64,000 bases of DNA from an uncultured Pseudomonadales bacterium (GCA_964386355.1 CAYLQQ010000002.1:45374-109373); one strand, 5' to 3'; shown: positions 42,358 to 51,694, counted from the stretch's first letter. Numbers and translations: made by a program. Notes: a model not told the origin generated them from the sequence alone.

Positions 42358-43578
42358 TCAAACTTTAAACTGGCCTTGGTCGTATATTACTTGCATAGAA
42401 CCATTGCTGGTGAATGCCTCTACTTTACGAGGAGCTGTGGATACTATATCTGTATGTACTGCTGAATCATTAAATCCCAGTTTATCCCAATCTTTTTTGG
42501 TCATCTTATTCATTTGACCCGTAAAACAGTCGTTGTATGCTCTACCTAGGGCAATGTGTGTATTGCCCTGAGGTCCACCCATATTTTCATCATATAATGT
42601 TTCTGCCATAAAGTGGGTTATATGGGAAAACCGCCCATCAGTAAGCGAAAATTCACCTACTTTATCTGCGTTTTTAGTAGCTATCATAGTTTTTAAAATT
42701 GCATAATTATGAGAAGCATGAGACTTGGTTACTATACCGTTTTTAAACTCGAGTTCTACATCTTTGATAAGGTTGCCATAGACATATAGGGGTTGGTTGA
42801 ATTTAATCCAGCCGTTAGTGCCTCTCCAGTTTGGTGAGGTGAAAATCTCAAAGCTAGGAATATTGCGGCCACCACCCCCTTTCCACATACGTTCATTTCC
42901 TATTGCTATCCACAAATCGACATCTGGACCGATCATATGGATCTTCTCAATCTTCATTCCCGTAAGCGTGTTACGAATCAGTTCATTGGCAGCCGATACT
43001 TCTTTCCACTTTGCGATCGGATCTTTTTCCTGCAAAAAACAACCATCAATAATTTGTTGCCAATATTGTTCGAGCGTTAATCCAGCTTCTTTAGCCATCT
43101 CGGCCGTACCGTATAAACCCAATGTCCAGGTGAATTTATTTATATTTTCCTTATCAAACAACCAATCTGAATAAGGCTTCATTGCCTTCGTTGTAGCCAG
43201 TATTTTTTGAGGATCAATGCCTTGCAGAACATGTTTGTTGCGTGTTGAGATAATGGATATTGTGTGGTCAAGCTGATCGGATAGACCTTTTAGATATTTC
43301 TTGGGGAAAAAAGACAATTGATCGTCAGAAGCTAATTCATAAAAATCCCGCGTAGGCATGTTTTTGGCATCATCTTCAGCAATATAGTGACTGATGACAT
43401 GAGCCCCAGCTCTTAAAGCTGTACGTCTCAATTCCAAGAATAAGGGTTTGGCTGATTCCGAGGCTGAGATTCGAACCACTTCGCCTTTTTTAATTCCTTC
43501 TCCGCTATTTAGGGCAAAATTAACCAGAACACGTGCGTACTTTTGTAGGATTTCTTGAGATGGTGTGTAGTGAGTCAT
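42358..43578 (-). CDS. Aminopeptidase, peptidase M29 (AmpS/aminopeptidase T-like)
   Basis: The N-terminus LQKYARVLVNFALNSGEGIKKGEVVRISASESAKPLFLELRRTALRAGA, the ~400-aa length and the later EN...H/...HIALG blocks are typical of M29. Confidence 0.75.
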   Translation of the reverse strand: MTHYTPSQEILQKYARVLVNFALNSGEGIKKGEVVRISASESAKPLFLELRRTALRAGAHVISHYIAEDDAKNMPTRDFYELASDDQLSFFPKKYLKGLSDQLDHTISIISTRNKHVLQGIDPQKILATTKAMKPYSDWLFDKENINKFTWTLGLYGTAEMAKEAGLTLEQYWQQIIDGCFLQEKDPIAKWKEVSAANELIRNTLTGMKIEKIHMIGPDVDLWIAIGNERMWKGGGGRNIPSFEIFTSPNWRGTNGWIKFNQPLYVYGNLIKDVELEFKNGIVTKSHASHNYAILKTMIATKNADKVGEFSLTDGRFSHITHFMAETLYDENMGGPQGNTHIALGRAYNDCFTGQMNKMTKKDWDKLGFNDSAVHTDIVSTAPRKVEAFTSNGSMQVIYDQGQFKV

Positions 43579-43623
43579 ATAGTACTAAGTGACAAGTAAC
43601 GGAATGGATTGTACCATTTGCTT

Positions 43624-44691
43624 ATGTTTATTGGAAAAAGTGAATTATTAGGTCGCTATAATAACATCAGGAACATACTAGCACTAGGAAAATTGGATGC
43701 GGTATTAATTTCCAGTTCTCAAAACATTTTCTATCTGAGCAATTTCAAGTCGTTGAGTCATGATGAACGGGAAGCATTTGTATTGGTTGAACCCGACAGT
43801 ATGACTATGATTAGCTCGGCTTTGTTTACAAGTCAGCTTGAACACGTGCATGCTGGTTTAAAAATTATTACAGACTCCAAAGGCATGTATGCTAGTTTAC
43901 GAGAGCTTTGTAAGAATAAGCGGATTGGTTTTGAAGAACATGACTTGAGAATGAACGAGTATGAGTTTTTGTTAAAATCTGCCGTTTCACTCAAAGGTAT
44001 TAGCAAACAACTGCTTAACTTTAGATCAATAAAAAGCAGCTATGAAATAGAAGCAATGAAAGAAGTTGAGAAAATCACTCAAACATGCCTGGATGGGATT
44101 ATAAAATCAATACGTACCGGTCAAACAGAAAGAGAAATTGCATGGTTGATAGAGCAGAACTTTAGAGAGTTGGGAGCTGAAGGTTCTGCATTTCCTCCTA
44201 TAGTAGCCAGTGGACCTAATTCAGGATCACCTCACCATACTTGTAGTGACCGAGTCATACAAAATGGAGATATAGTATTGTTAGATATCGGGGCTCGAAA
44301 AGATGAGTATTGTGGTGATATTACCAGGACTTGTATGGTGGGTGGTGAAACAGACCAATACACGCAAACATATAACCTAGTGAAAAAGGCTCATGATACA
44401 GGACTATCATTAATTAAACCTGGAGTGAAGTTTGCTGATGTGGACTTGGGAGTGAGAAAGGTATTTGAAGATGCTGGTGAGCTTGAACAGTATGTACATA
44501 CCAGTGGTCATGGGCTGGGTGTTGGGATTCATGAATACCCAAGCATTTCGTATAAAGCTGAGGGAACTTTGGAAGAGGGCATGGTAATTACTATGGAACC
44601 TGGTCTTTATTACGACTGGGGTGGGGTAAGGATCGAAGATGTGGTTGTGGTTACAAAAGATGGTTTTGATACAATATCAAGACTTGATTAA
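43624..44691 (+). CDS. Xaa-Pro aminopeptidase/dipeptidase (peptidase M24B)
   Basis: Creatinase-like N-domain. Metal ligand blocks DIGARKDEYCGDITRT, HGLGVGIHEYP and GMVITMEPGLY...GVRIEDVVVVT. Confidence 0.88.
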   Translation: MFIGKSELLGRYNNIRNILALGKLDAVLISSSQNIFYLSNFKSLSHDEREAFVLVEPDSMTMISSALFTSQLEHVHAGLKIITDSKGMYASLRELCKNKRIGFEEHDLRMNEYEFLLKSAVSLKGISKQLLNFRSIKSSYEIEAMKEVEKITQTCLDGIIKSIRTGQTEREIAWLIEQNFRELGAEGSAFPPIVASGPNSGSPHHTCSDRVIQNGDIVLLDIGARKDEYCGDITRTCMVGGETDQYTQTYNLVKKAHDTGLSLIKPGVKFADVDLGVRKVFEDAGELEQYVHTSGHGLGVGIHEYPSISYKAEGTLEEGMVITMEPGLYYDWGGVRIEDVVVVTKDGFDTISRLD

Positions 44692-45171
44692 CTACAGGCT
44701 TATATCTGTTGATGAACCAACAGTTACACCATTTTTTTGACTCCATCCGGCAGGGACTTCAAGCACGTAATCGATAGGCAGAACAGAAGAATAGTGTTTG
44801 AGTTGATTTTGGGGTATGTTTGGTTCTGGTTTGACATGTTCATAAAGAGTTACCACTTTACTATCCATAATAAATATCATATCGATCGGAATCAGCATAT
44901 CCTTCATCCAGAATGTGACTTCTTGAGGCGGAGCATAGGGGAAAAGCATCCCGGCACCTTCTTTTAGCTCGCCCCTACCAGACAGACCCTGCATTTGCTT
45001 TTCCGGAGTATTGGCAATTTCGACTTCAAGAGAAATCCCATTAACTTCTATTGCGGGTGATTTTTCTGACATCTTTGCCTGGGGGACAAGTATGCTTTTA
45101 TTTTGTCTAATAAAAAGCATAGCCGCTAATAACAAGATAATAAAAATACTTACAAAGAATAGCTTGGGCAT
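44692..45171 (-). CDS. DUF192 domain protein (secreted)
   Basis: GLSGRGELKEGAGMLFPY...TFWMKDMLIPIDMIFI is the DUF192 signature. The start was moved to MPKLFF. Confidence 0.75.
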   Translation of the reverse strand: MPKLFFVSIFIILLLAAMLFIRQNKSILVPQAKMSEKSPAIEVNGISLEVEIANTPEKQMQGLSGRGELKEGAGMLFPYAPPQEVTFWMKDMLIPIDMIFIMDSKVVTLYEHVKPEPNIPQNQLKHYSSVLPIDYVLEVPAGWSQKNGVTVGSSTDISL

Positions 45172-45244
45172 AAAATTAAAGTATAACCAAATTACTCTCA
45201 AATTTAAATCTGTACTTTTATATGCCTGACTCTACATTAAATGC

Positions 45245-46345
45245 ATGCCTCTATTGGAACAGAAAACAAGATTGCCCGCGTATGGTGAAACCATGATTAG
45301 TTTTCAGGGGAGAGCTGAAGAGCTTCTTAGATTAAATGGCTGTCCTGATCGGATGATCTCAGCTGGTTGGCAAACATGGATTGATAATGCTAGAGCATTA
45401 AACAATTTGGAAAGAGATTTGAGGGGTGAGAATTACGAACAGTTTGGGTTATTTGTAACACATACAGACTCACTAACACATCAAATCCAAGCTGCATGGT
45501 GGCCGATACCCGGATTAAACACATTTTCAGCAAAAGGCCGGAGAGATAGGGAAGCATTGTTTGATGACCATAATGGAGGATTCGCGCTTCACTGGTTTGA
45601 CAGACAAAACAGTTCAACAAGAGCATGTATAAGACGCGGCTATCATGCCGCAGTCTGTTTAGTAACTTCAGACGGGGTTGTAATAGCCCAAACCAAGCAG
45701 TATCCGGGAAAACCCATAACTGCAGATATTATTGGAGGCGGACCTGACATGGATATGCCTCTTGCGCACGGACTGGTAGCACAACTTGAAGCTATTCAAG
45801 AATTGTGTTTGGTTGGAAATGACGGATATATTCATATACCGAAAATTTCGGAAACCATATCAGATATAGATCTAATGAGAATGTTTGCTGCCAGAATGGC
45901 ATCCTTGGATCGAGCAGGAGCCTTGCGTGATAGTCCAGTTCCATGGCATTTACCAGTAAAGATTATAGAAGCCCATGAAAAATTCAGAGGAATGGATAGA
46001 ATTGTCATGCATGATGAAGTTGGACAAGTTGTCGATTGTGGTGATGATGCTATGCTTTGCATAAATGGGGTTGGATATGATGCTGTACATATCAGGCAAT
46101 TACCTCAGCCTGCCTCAGCTTATTCCCAATTTATTGATGTAGAATATTTGGATGGAGATGAGCACCCAAGTTACAGACAGGGAGATGTACTTTGCGTTCC
46201 ATTTAACGAGTTAGTTAGATCAGGTGATTTATGCATGTATCATTATGTATCTTCAGATGGTCAGAAAAGAACTGCTGAACTACCCGCAAATAAATGTTTA
46301 GGCAGTTTTATTAAACGGGCTAGATTATTAGGTTTGCAGCTGTGA
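45245..46345 (+). CDS. Hypothetical protein (orphan, cytoplasmic)
   Basis: 366-aa ORF with no TM segment and no motif I can name with confidence. Confidence 0.5.
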   Translation: MPLLEQKTRLPAYGETMISFQGRAEELLRLNGCPDRMISAGWQTWIDNARALNNLERDLRGENYEQFGLFVTHTDSLTHQIQAAWWPIPGLNTFSAKGRRDREALFDDHNGGFALHWFDRQNSSTRACIRRGYHAAVCLVTSDGVVIAQTKQYPGKPITADIIGGGPDMDMPLAHGLVAQLEAIQELCLVGNDGYIHIPKISETISDIDLMRMFAARMASLDRAGALRDSPVPWHLPVKIIEAHEKFRGMDRIVMHDEVGQVVDCGDDAMLCINGVGYDAVHIRQLPQPASAYSQFIDVEYLDGDEHPSYRQGDVLCVPFNELVRSGDLCMYHYVSSDGQKRTAELPANKCLGSFIKRARLLGLQL

Positions 46346-47008
46346 TTATTTGCATAGAACAAACATATTTGATAGGTTTCTGATCAGCTTTATATCAGAA
46401 AAATGTTTTTCAAGCTGTTTGATCAGCTTGGGAACCTTTTGTTTGTATTGGTCAAAGAAGAGATGATTAACCAGTAATTGACCTTGGGGATTAATAGTGT
46501 GTCTTATTTTATCTAGAAATTGTGTTTGATATAATTGCTTAGGTATCTCATGACCCTGGTACAGATCTACCAAGACTAGATCGTATTTCTGATTACAGTT
46601 TTGTATCCAGTGAAAACAGTTAGATTGAATTAGTTGTAAGGAAACAGAATTATTATTACGTACAGTTCTAAAATATTTTTCATAGATTACAATCATGACC
46701 GGATCTATTTCAATGCCTGTGATTTGGGCATTGGGGAATTTTTTAAATAGGAGTTGGGCAGCGGTACCACCGCCAAAGCCGAGGATCAATATTTGTAAGG
46801 GTACATCATGATGCACCCCTACTGATTTCAATGGTTTCTGCCATAGGTCTTTGATAATACTTCCGGATTGCAGCAGGCCTCCAGCATAAATTTTCCGCTG
46901 CCCAAATTGTTCGACAACCATAACCTCCCCGTTATACTGAGAATTGTATGTTTCTATTGTGTTTGGGAATAAAAATTTAGATGCTTTACTTAGAACCATA
47001 GTACTCAT
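46346..47008 (-). CDS. Spermidine-synthase-like class I methyltransferase-fold protein
   Basis: ILILGFGGGTAAQLL (motif I), ITGIEIDPVMI and LVDLYQG, as in spermine/spermidine synthase-like proteins. Confidence 0.6.
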   Translation of the reverse strand: MSTMVLSKASKFLFPNTIETYNSQYNGEVMVVEQFGQRKIYAGGLLQSGSIIKDLWQKPLKSVGVHHDVPLQILILGFGGGTAAQLLFKKFPNAQITGIEIDPVMIVIYEKYFRTVRNNNSVSLQLIQSNCFHWIQNCNQKYDLVLVDLYQGHEIPKQLYQTQFLDKIRHTINPQGQLLVNHLFFDQYKQKVPKLIKQLEKHFSDIKLIRNLSNMFVLCK

Positions 47009-47022
47009 GATACAATAAATTT

Positions 47023-47412
47023 ATGAAAAGTGTTGTTGTCTGTGCTTCAAAAAAATACAAAGATGAAGTAGCCCAGTTTTGCGACAAGCTGAGAAAGCTG
47101 GGTGTTCTGGTATTTGAACCGAGTATAAGCAAGCCAATATTTGAAAATCAGCAATTTGATACTGAACACCTGACAAAAGTAATATTTAAAGGATTAACTC
47201 TCGAACATTTTGACTGGATTAGAAAAGCAGATGTGTGTTACATATTCAATAAAAATGGGTATGTAGGAACAAGTGTCAGTTTAGAAATGGGTTATGCAAC
47301 AGCCTTGGGTAAACCAATATTTGCTCTAGAACCCAAAACAGGAGATCCATGCAGGGATTCATTGATTGATAAAGTTATACCTTCTGCTCAGGAACTTGTT
47401 AAAATTCTTTGA
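47023..47412 (+). CDS. Nucleoside 2-deoxyribosyltransferase-like (Rossmann-like) small protein
   Basis: The VVVCASKKY... start and the block ...ADVCYIFNKNGYVGTSVSLEMGYATALGKPIFAL resemble the NDT/DUF4406-like fold family. The assignment is tentative. Confidence 0.35.
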   Translation: MKSVVVCASKKYKDEVAQFCDKLRKLGVLVFEPSISKPIFENQQFDTEHLTKVIFKGLTLEHFDWIRKADVCYIFNKNGYVGTSVSLEMGYATALGKPIFALEPKTGDPCRDSLIDKVIPSAQELVKIL

Positions 47413-47431
47413 TCTAGAGACTTTAGTTATC

Positions 47432-47776
47432 TGTCATGCTGAACTGGTTTCAGCATCCCCATAAAGATTCATTAGATTATTAAAATTTGGATTGACTGAT
47501 TTAATTAGGTTTATTTTCCATTGCCTATGCCACTTTTTTAGCTGCTTTTCTCTGGCAATAGCTTGAGTAATATTTTCAAATACTTCAAAATAGAACAGTT
47601 TATCCACGTTATATTTGCTTGTGAAAGAATGAGTAATTTTATGCTCGTGTTGCCATTCTCTTTTTATTAAATTACTGGTTACACCAATATAGAAAACGGT
47701 GTTGTGCTTATTGGTAAGAATATATATGTAACCACTCATAGACATAAGGGGATCCTGAAACAAGTTCAGGATGACA
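47432..47776. mobile_element. Compact GIY-YIG cassette bounded by 29-bp imperfect terminal inverted repeats (each itself a hairpin)
   Basis: Left repeat at 47432..47460: tgtcATGCTGAACTGGTTTCAGCATcccc. Reverse complement of 47748..47776: tgtcATCCTGAACTTGTTTCAGGATcccc. They match at 26 of 29 positions, and two of the three differences are compensatory within the 8-bp stem. Confidence 0.5.
47434..47745 (-). CDS. GIY-YIG nuclease superfamily protein (UPF0213-like)
   Basis: GYIYILTNKHNTVFYIGVTSNLIKREWQH...AIAREKQLKKW is the GIY-YIG core. The start was moved to MSMSGYIY, because the upstream part of the tracked ORF overlaps serS. Confidence 0.8.
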   Translation of the reverse strand: MSMSGYIYILTNKHNTVFYIGVTSNLIKREWQHEHKITHSFTSKYNVDKLFYFEVFENITQAIAREKQLKKWHRQWKINLIKSVNPNFNNLMNLYGDAETSSA

Positions 47777-47779
47777 CAT

Positions 47780-49048
47780 TTATCTAATGTTCTCTTTACC
47801 CATGTACGATTGTAGTACTTTTGGTACATATACCGATCCATCTGCTTGTTGGAAATTTTCCAAAACTGCAATTAGAATCCTCGGGCTGGCAATAGCAGTA
47901 TTATTGAGCATGTGGACAAATTTTATTTGGCCATCCTTGGCTTGGTACTTAACATTTGCTCGTCTTGATTGGTACTCACCCATCATTGAGCAAGACATGG
48001 TTTCACCATACTCCTGCCTTCCGGGCATCCAAGTTTCGATATCATACTTTTTGACTTGAGGCTCACCCATATCGCCAGTACACATAAGTAACACGTGATA
48101 TGGGAGACCTAATTCCTGAAGAATTTCTTCTGAATATGATCTTAGATTCTCATGCCATTTCTTTGATTCTTCCCAGTCATTTTTACATATAATAACCTGT
48201 TCAACCTTAGCAAATTCATGAATGCGGTAAATTCCTTTTGTATCTTTGCCGTAACTACCGATCTCCCGCCTGAAGCACTGGCTATATCCTGCATACAACT
48301 TTGGCAGTTCTTTTTCTGGTAAAGTTTCATCCATGTGGTATGACACAAGCGGAACTTCGGCTGTACCTGCCAGGTAGCGGGCATCCTGATTGTCTTTATC
48401 ATCATATGTTTTGTAGACATCTTCTTTACCCCAAGGGAAATGGGCAGTGTTGTAAAACGGACGTTCGAGTAAAACAGTGGGAGGAATTACCGGAGTGAAG
48501 CCTTTTTCTATTAATTTTTTTAGTGCAAATTGCAGAATTGCCAAGTGAAGTAGGGCACCATCTCCCTTTAGGTAATAACCTCGAAATCCTGCAACCTTTA
48601 CACCCCTGTCCATGTCAAGTATTCCTAGGTCTAAACCCAGTTGGATATGGTCTTTAGGCTGGAAATCGAACTTGGTAGGCTCCCCCCACTTTGAGATCTC
48701 AATGTTACCGCTGCTGTCTTTACCAATGGGGACTTCTGGAGCAGGGACGTTTGGAATAGTGAACATCAATCTATCATATTCCTGTTCAACCTCTCTCAGT
48801 TGCGGTTCAAGGGCTGCTAATTGGTCTTTGAGTGCTTTGCCCTGGTCAATTATCTCCTGACTTGGTTTGCCAAACACCCCTTTCATCAGGTCATTGCGCT
48901 GCTTGCGAATTTCTTCAGTTTGCTTAATTAAGCTGCGTCGTTTCTCATCAGCTGCTAATAGTTCGTCTATGGTATCTTTGACACCTTTACTTGCAGCAGC
49001 CTGCTTGACCAAGTCTTTGTTGTCACGGATGAATTGGATATCTAGCAT
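47780..49048 (-). CDS. serS: Seryl-tRNA synthetase
   Basis: N-terminal coiled-coil arm (MLDIQFIRDN...), motif 2 FRREIGSYGKDTKGIYRIHEF and motif 3 region LNNTAIASPRILIAVLEN. Confidence 0.93.
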   Translation of the reverse strand: MLDIQFIRDNKDLVKQAAASKGVKDTIDELLAADEKRRSLIKQTEEIRKQRNDLMKGVFGKPSQEIIDQGKALKDQLAALEPQLREVEQEYDRLMFTIPNVPAPEVPIGKDSSGNIEISKWGEPTKFDFQPKDHIQLGLDLGILDMDRGVKVAGFRGYYLKGDGALLHLAILQFALKKLIEKGFTPVIPPTVLLERPFYNTAHFPWGKEDVYKTYDDKDNQDARYLAGTAEVPLVSYHMDETLPEKELPKLYAGYSQCFRREIGSYGKDTKGIYRIHEFAKVEQVIICKNDWEESKKWHENLRSYSEEILQELGLPYHVLLMCTGDMGEPQVKKYDIETWMPGRQEYGETMSCSMMGEYQSRRANVKYQAKDGQIKFVHMLNNTAIASPRILIAVLENFQQADGSVYVPKVLQSYMGKENIR

Positions 49049-49131
49049 ATTTGATATTTAGAATTAAGAACAATGAATTTAGCAAATAAATTCAATTATG
49101 TTCTATTTTTCATTTTATGTGCTCTTAATTA

Positions 49132-49300
49132 CCAAAAACCGCCACTAACCCTATACGTAAAAGGGCCAATATGGCGGTACCACCTTTATTTTGTCGCTAA
49201 AAGCATCGCTTTTAACTTCCTCAACCTGCTGTAACGGGCTTACCCGGGCTTGCATTTCCTCAAGCCAACTCGACAGTTGGAAGCTGTCTCAAATGTTGTT
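49132..49300 (-). promoter_or_regulatory. T-box-like tRNA-sensing leader of serS (specifier UCC) with intrinsic terminator
   Basis: The minus strand carries AAAGGUGGUACCGCC (T-box sequence). It overlaps the terminator CCGCCAUAUUGGCCC...GGGUUAGUGGCGG+U5. A 5' hairpin GACAG-CUUCCAA-CUGUC carries the Ser codon UCC followed by A. It shares the CGGGUAAGCCCGU(U/A)A.AGCAGG block with the aspS leader. Confidence 0.75.
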
Positions 49301-49316
49301 ATATATAGATACTATA

Positions 49317-49619
49317 TCACCTATACCATCTTAATTCCAACGCTGTGATATCAACAGCTGGACATCCACAGGTAGCGTATTTTTCCTGATCGCCAAACGG
49401 ATCGATTGTAATGATACCCATCGTTGGGGTGTTTTTTGAATTTTCTCTAAGCTCTTGTTGTGCAAGATATGCTTTAAAATCCTCAGGTAAGCAAGTAGTG
49501 TCCATTCTGGTTAATTGTGAAGCTTTTTGATGATATTCTTGTTGCTCAAACAATGCCCATAAACAAATATTGCCATTTGTGACTGCTAATCTACGAGAAC
49601 ATTTTTGTTCAACTGACAT
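49317..49619 (-). CDS. Hypothetical Cys-containing small protein
   Basis: 100-aa ORF with no family recognised. Confidence 0.4.
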   Translation of the reverse strand: MSVEQKCSRRLAVTNGNICLWALFEQQEYHQKASQLTRMDTTCLPEDFKAYLAQQELRENSKNTPTMGIITIDPFGDQEKYATCGCPAVDITALELRWYR

Positions 49620-49659
49620 ATAGAAAAGAATTTATATAATATTGTTTGCTGGGATTGTA

Positions 49660-50121
49660 TCACCTCAAGATTTGTAGTGCCTGGGAAATGATATGCTGAG
49701 TATTTGGAAGACAATCGAGATGAGCAATTTCTGTTTCCGTAAACCATCGCATCTCACCTGTTTCATGGTCCGGATCACTATTTATTGGGTGTTGATCTCC
49801 AATTTCTACAATAAACGCAAGCAGTAATAGATGTACGTTTGAAGAGAACGTATCGCCGTCTTTTCTCCACGTATTTGTAACTACTATTGGGTGAGGATAT
49901 CTAATATCTGGGGTTACAGATAATTCTTCTTGAAACTCTCTAATAATCGTTTGTTGCGGAGTTTCTCCAAACTCCATTTCCCCTCCGGATAATTGCCATT
50001 TAAGGTGGATGCTAAGTCTATTGGGAGCTACTCTTTGGGTTAGAAAAAATTCGTACTCTTGCCCCTTTTTACGTATCGGCAATCCAAGGACTCCAACGAT
50101 AATCTTTTCAGAATTTTTCAT
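49660..50121 (-). CDS. Nudix hydrolase
   Basis: Nudix box GGEMEFGETPQQTIIREFQEELSV. Confidence 0.88.
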   Translation of the reverse strand: MKNSEKIIVGVLGLPIRKKGQEYEFFLTQRVAPNRLSIHLKWQLSGGEMEFGETPQQTIIREFQEELSVTPDIRYPHPIVVTNTWRKDGDTFSSNVHLLLLAFIVEIGDQHPINSDPDHETGEMRWFTETEIAHLDCLPNTQHIISQALQILR

Positions 50122-50123
50122 AA

Positions 50124-50687
50124 TTATAAACCTAATTCATCAGATATTCCCTGCATGGCTTTCAGACATATCCCAACAAAATCGGGGAATTTGATGCCAA
50201 GTTCCGGTTCGCATCGCTCTACATTTTCCCTTATTACACCTTTGGCAAAATCTCTTTTCGGCCATTTTTTGAGCACATTCTCTACTGTAGTATCTGCCAA
50301 TTTTTTAGAAGGCCTCATAAGAGTTACGGCGATGATAAAACCAGTCAGCTCATCGCAGCAGTAAAGTGACCAGTCCATTTTTGATTCCGGTTTGGGAAGA
50401 TCTTCTTTCCAGCCCCAGCCATGGGCTTTGACAGCTTGGATTATTTTAGGATCATATCCATCTTTTTCAAGCCATTCAAACACAAGAGAAGGATGTTTTT
50501 CTGGCTCGTTTTTTAGTATTTCGTAATCTGCATCATGCACGAGGCCGGCAATTTCCCACATCTGCTTATCTTCACCAAAATGCTTAGCCAACACTTTCAT
50601 ACAAGCTGCAACTGCCAGCATGTGTTTAATAAGGTTGGGGTTTTTGGCATTTTGATTAACGAGTGATAGAGCGTTTGTTTTATTCAT
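50124..50687 (-). CDS. HD-domain phosphohydrolase
   Basis: H...HD pattern (IKHMLAVAACM...AGLVHDADYE) and ~190 aa length. Confidence 0.75.
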   Translation of the reverse strand: MNKTNALSLVNQNAKNPNLIKHMLAVAACMKVLAKHFGEDKQMWEIAGLVHDADYEILKNEPEKHPSLVFEWLEKDGYDPKIIQAVKAHGWGWKEDLPKPESKMDWSLYCCDELTGFIIAVTLMRPSKKLADTTVENVLKKWPKRDFAKGVIRENVERCEPELGIKFPDFVGICLKAMQGISDELGL

Positions 50688-50784
50688 GAGGGAAATTATA
50701 CCAAATTCGGCTTGTACGTGTTAAAATAAAAAATTACAGGAATTTCCCAATGTATAACCATTATTGGCAAATTTTCATGTTCAT

Positions 50785-51693
50785 ATGAATATTCTTAATG
50801 TGGTGTGTCTATCCAAACACTACAAAAACTATAAAGCAGTCGATGATATAAGTTTCTCGCTCAAAGAAGGAGAGATACTGGGTTTTTTGGGTCCCAATGG
50901 AGCAGGTAAGACTACAACAATTCAGATGCTTTTGGGAGTTCTCACTCCAACATCTGGCAAAGTAAACTACTTTGGTAAAGATTTATTTACAAATCGAGAG
51001 GAAGTTTTAGAAAAAGTGAATTTTTCTTCAACCTATACTCACCTTCCTTGGCGTCTAACTGTTTGGGAAAATTTATTGTATACCAGCTACCTATACAATA
51101 TTCGGGACAGGAAAAAGCGTTTGGATAAGATAATTGACATTTTTAAACTTAAGAAACTGAGTAATCAGACAATGAGTGAGCTCTCTGCGGGACAGTTGAC
51201 AAGAGTAAATCTTGCTAAGTCATTTGTAAATTTTCCAAAAGTCTTGCTTTTGGATGAACCAACAGCCTCACTAGATCCTGATGTAGCTGCGTATATTCAT
51301 GATTTTCTGCTTAATCAGCGATCCCAGTTTCAAGTTTCTATAATTTTCACCTCACATAATATGGGTGAGGTTGAAAAACTTTGTGGAAGGATCATTTTTA
51401 TTAACAAAGGGAAAATCATTGCTGATGATACACCGAGTAACTTATCAAAAACGATTGAAATAAGCCACGTAACATTATTTATTCAAAAAGGAGAGCAGGA
51501 GGTTATGGATTACTGTAACAAGTACAAACTTTCATTGGCATTGGATGGTGCATATATGACTATTGATTGTAGAGAAAAGGAAATACCTAAAATCCTTCGT
51601 GATCTGATGGAACTAGGTGTTGGGTATAGTGAGATAAGCATTGATAAACCTAATTTGCAGGATTATTTTCTGGCAAAAGCCGGAGGCAAGTGA
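50785..51693 (+). CDS. ABC transporter ATP-binding protein (ABC-2 subfamily)
   Basis: Walker A GPNGAGKTT, signature LSAGQLTR, Walker B LLLDEPTASLD. The start was moved to the first ATG (MNILNV). Confidence 0.9.
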   Translation: MNILNVVCLSKHYKNYKAVDDISFSLKEGEILGFLGPNGAGKTTTIQMLLGVLTPTSGKVNYFGKDLFTNREEVLEKVNFSSTYTHLPWRLTVWENLLYTSYLYNIRDRKKRLDKIIDIFKLKKLSNQTMSELSAGQLTRVNLAKSFVNFPKVLLLDEPTASLDPDVAAYIHDFLLNQRSQFQVSIIFTSHNMGEVEKLCGRIIFINKGKIIADDTPSNLSKTIEISHVTLFIQKGEQEVMDYCNKYKLSLALDGAYMTIDCREKEIPKILRDLMELGVGYSEISIDKPNLQDYFLAKAGGK

Positions 51694-51694
51694 T

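Noticed and set aside
45700-45800. The 'GGGPDMDMPLAHGLVAQLEAIQELCLVG' stretch in the 366-aa orphan protein, considered as a degenerate Nudix box. The gene also looks slightly more GC-rich than its neighbours by eye.
   Set aside because: The GX5EX7REUXEEXGU spacing cannot be satisfied from any of the three Gly residues. I could not compute the compositional difference reliably, and it seems small.
47746-47871. The N-terminal 42 codons of the tracked 145-aa ORF preceding the GIY-YIG domain.
   Set aside because: This part overlaps the serS 3' end in another frame and crosses the inverted repeat. The conserved GIY-YIG core starts right after the internal Met at 47745.
50688-50763. An 8-bp inverted repeat GGGAAATT…AATTTCCC spanning the divergent promoter region between the HD-domain gene and the ABC ATPase gene.
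   Set aside because: The arms are 43 nt apart, short and AT-rich. There is no second copy or known operator consensus. It is probably fortuitous.
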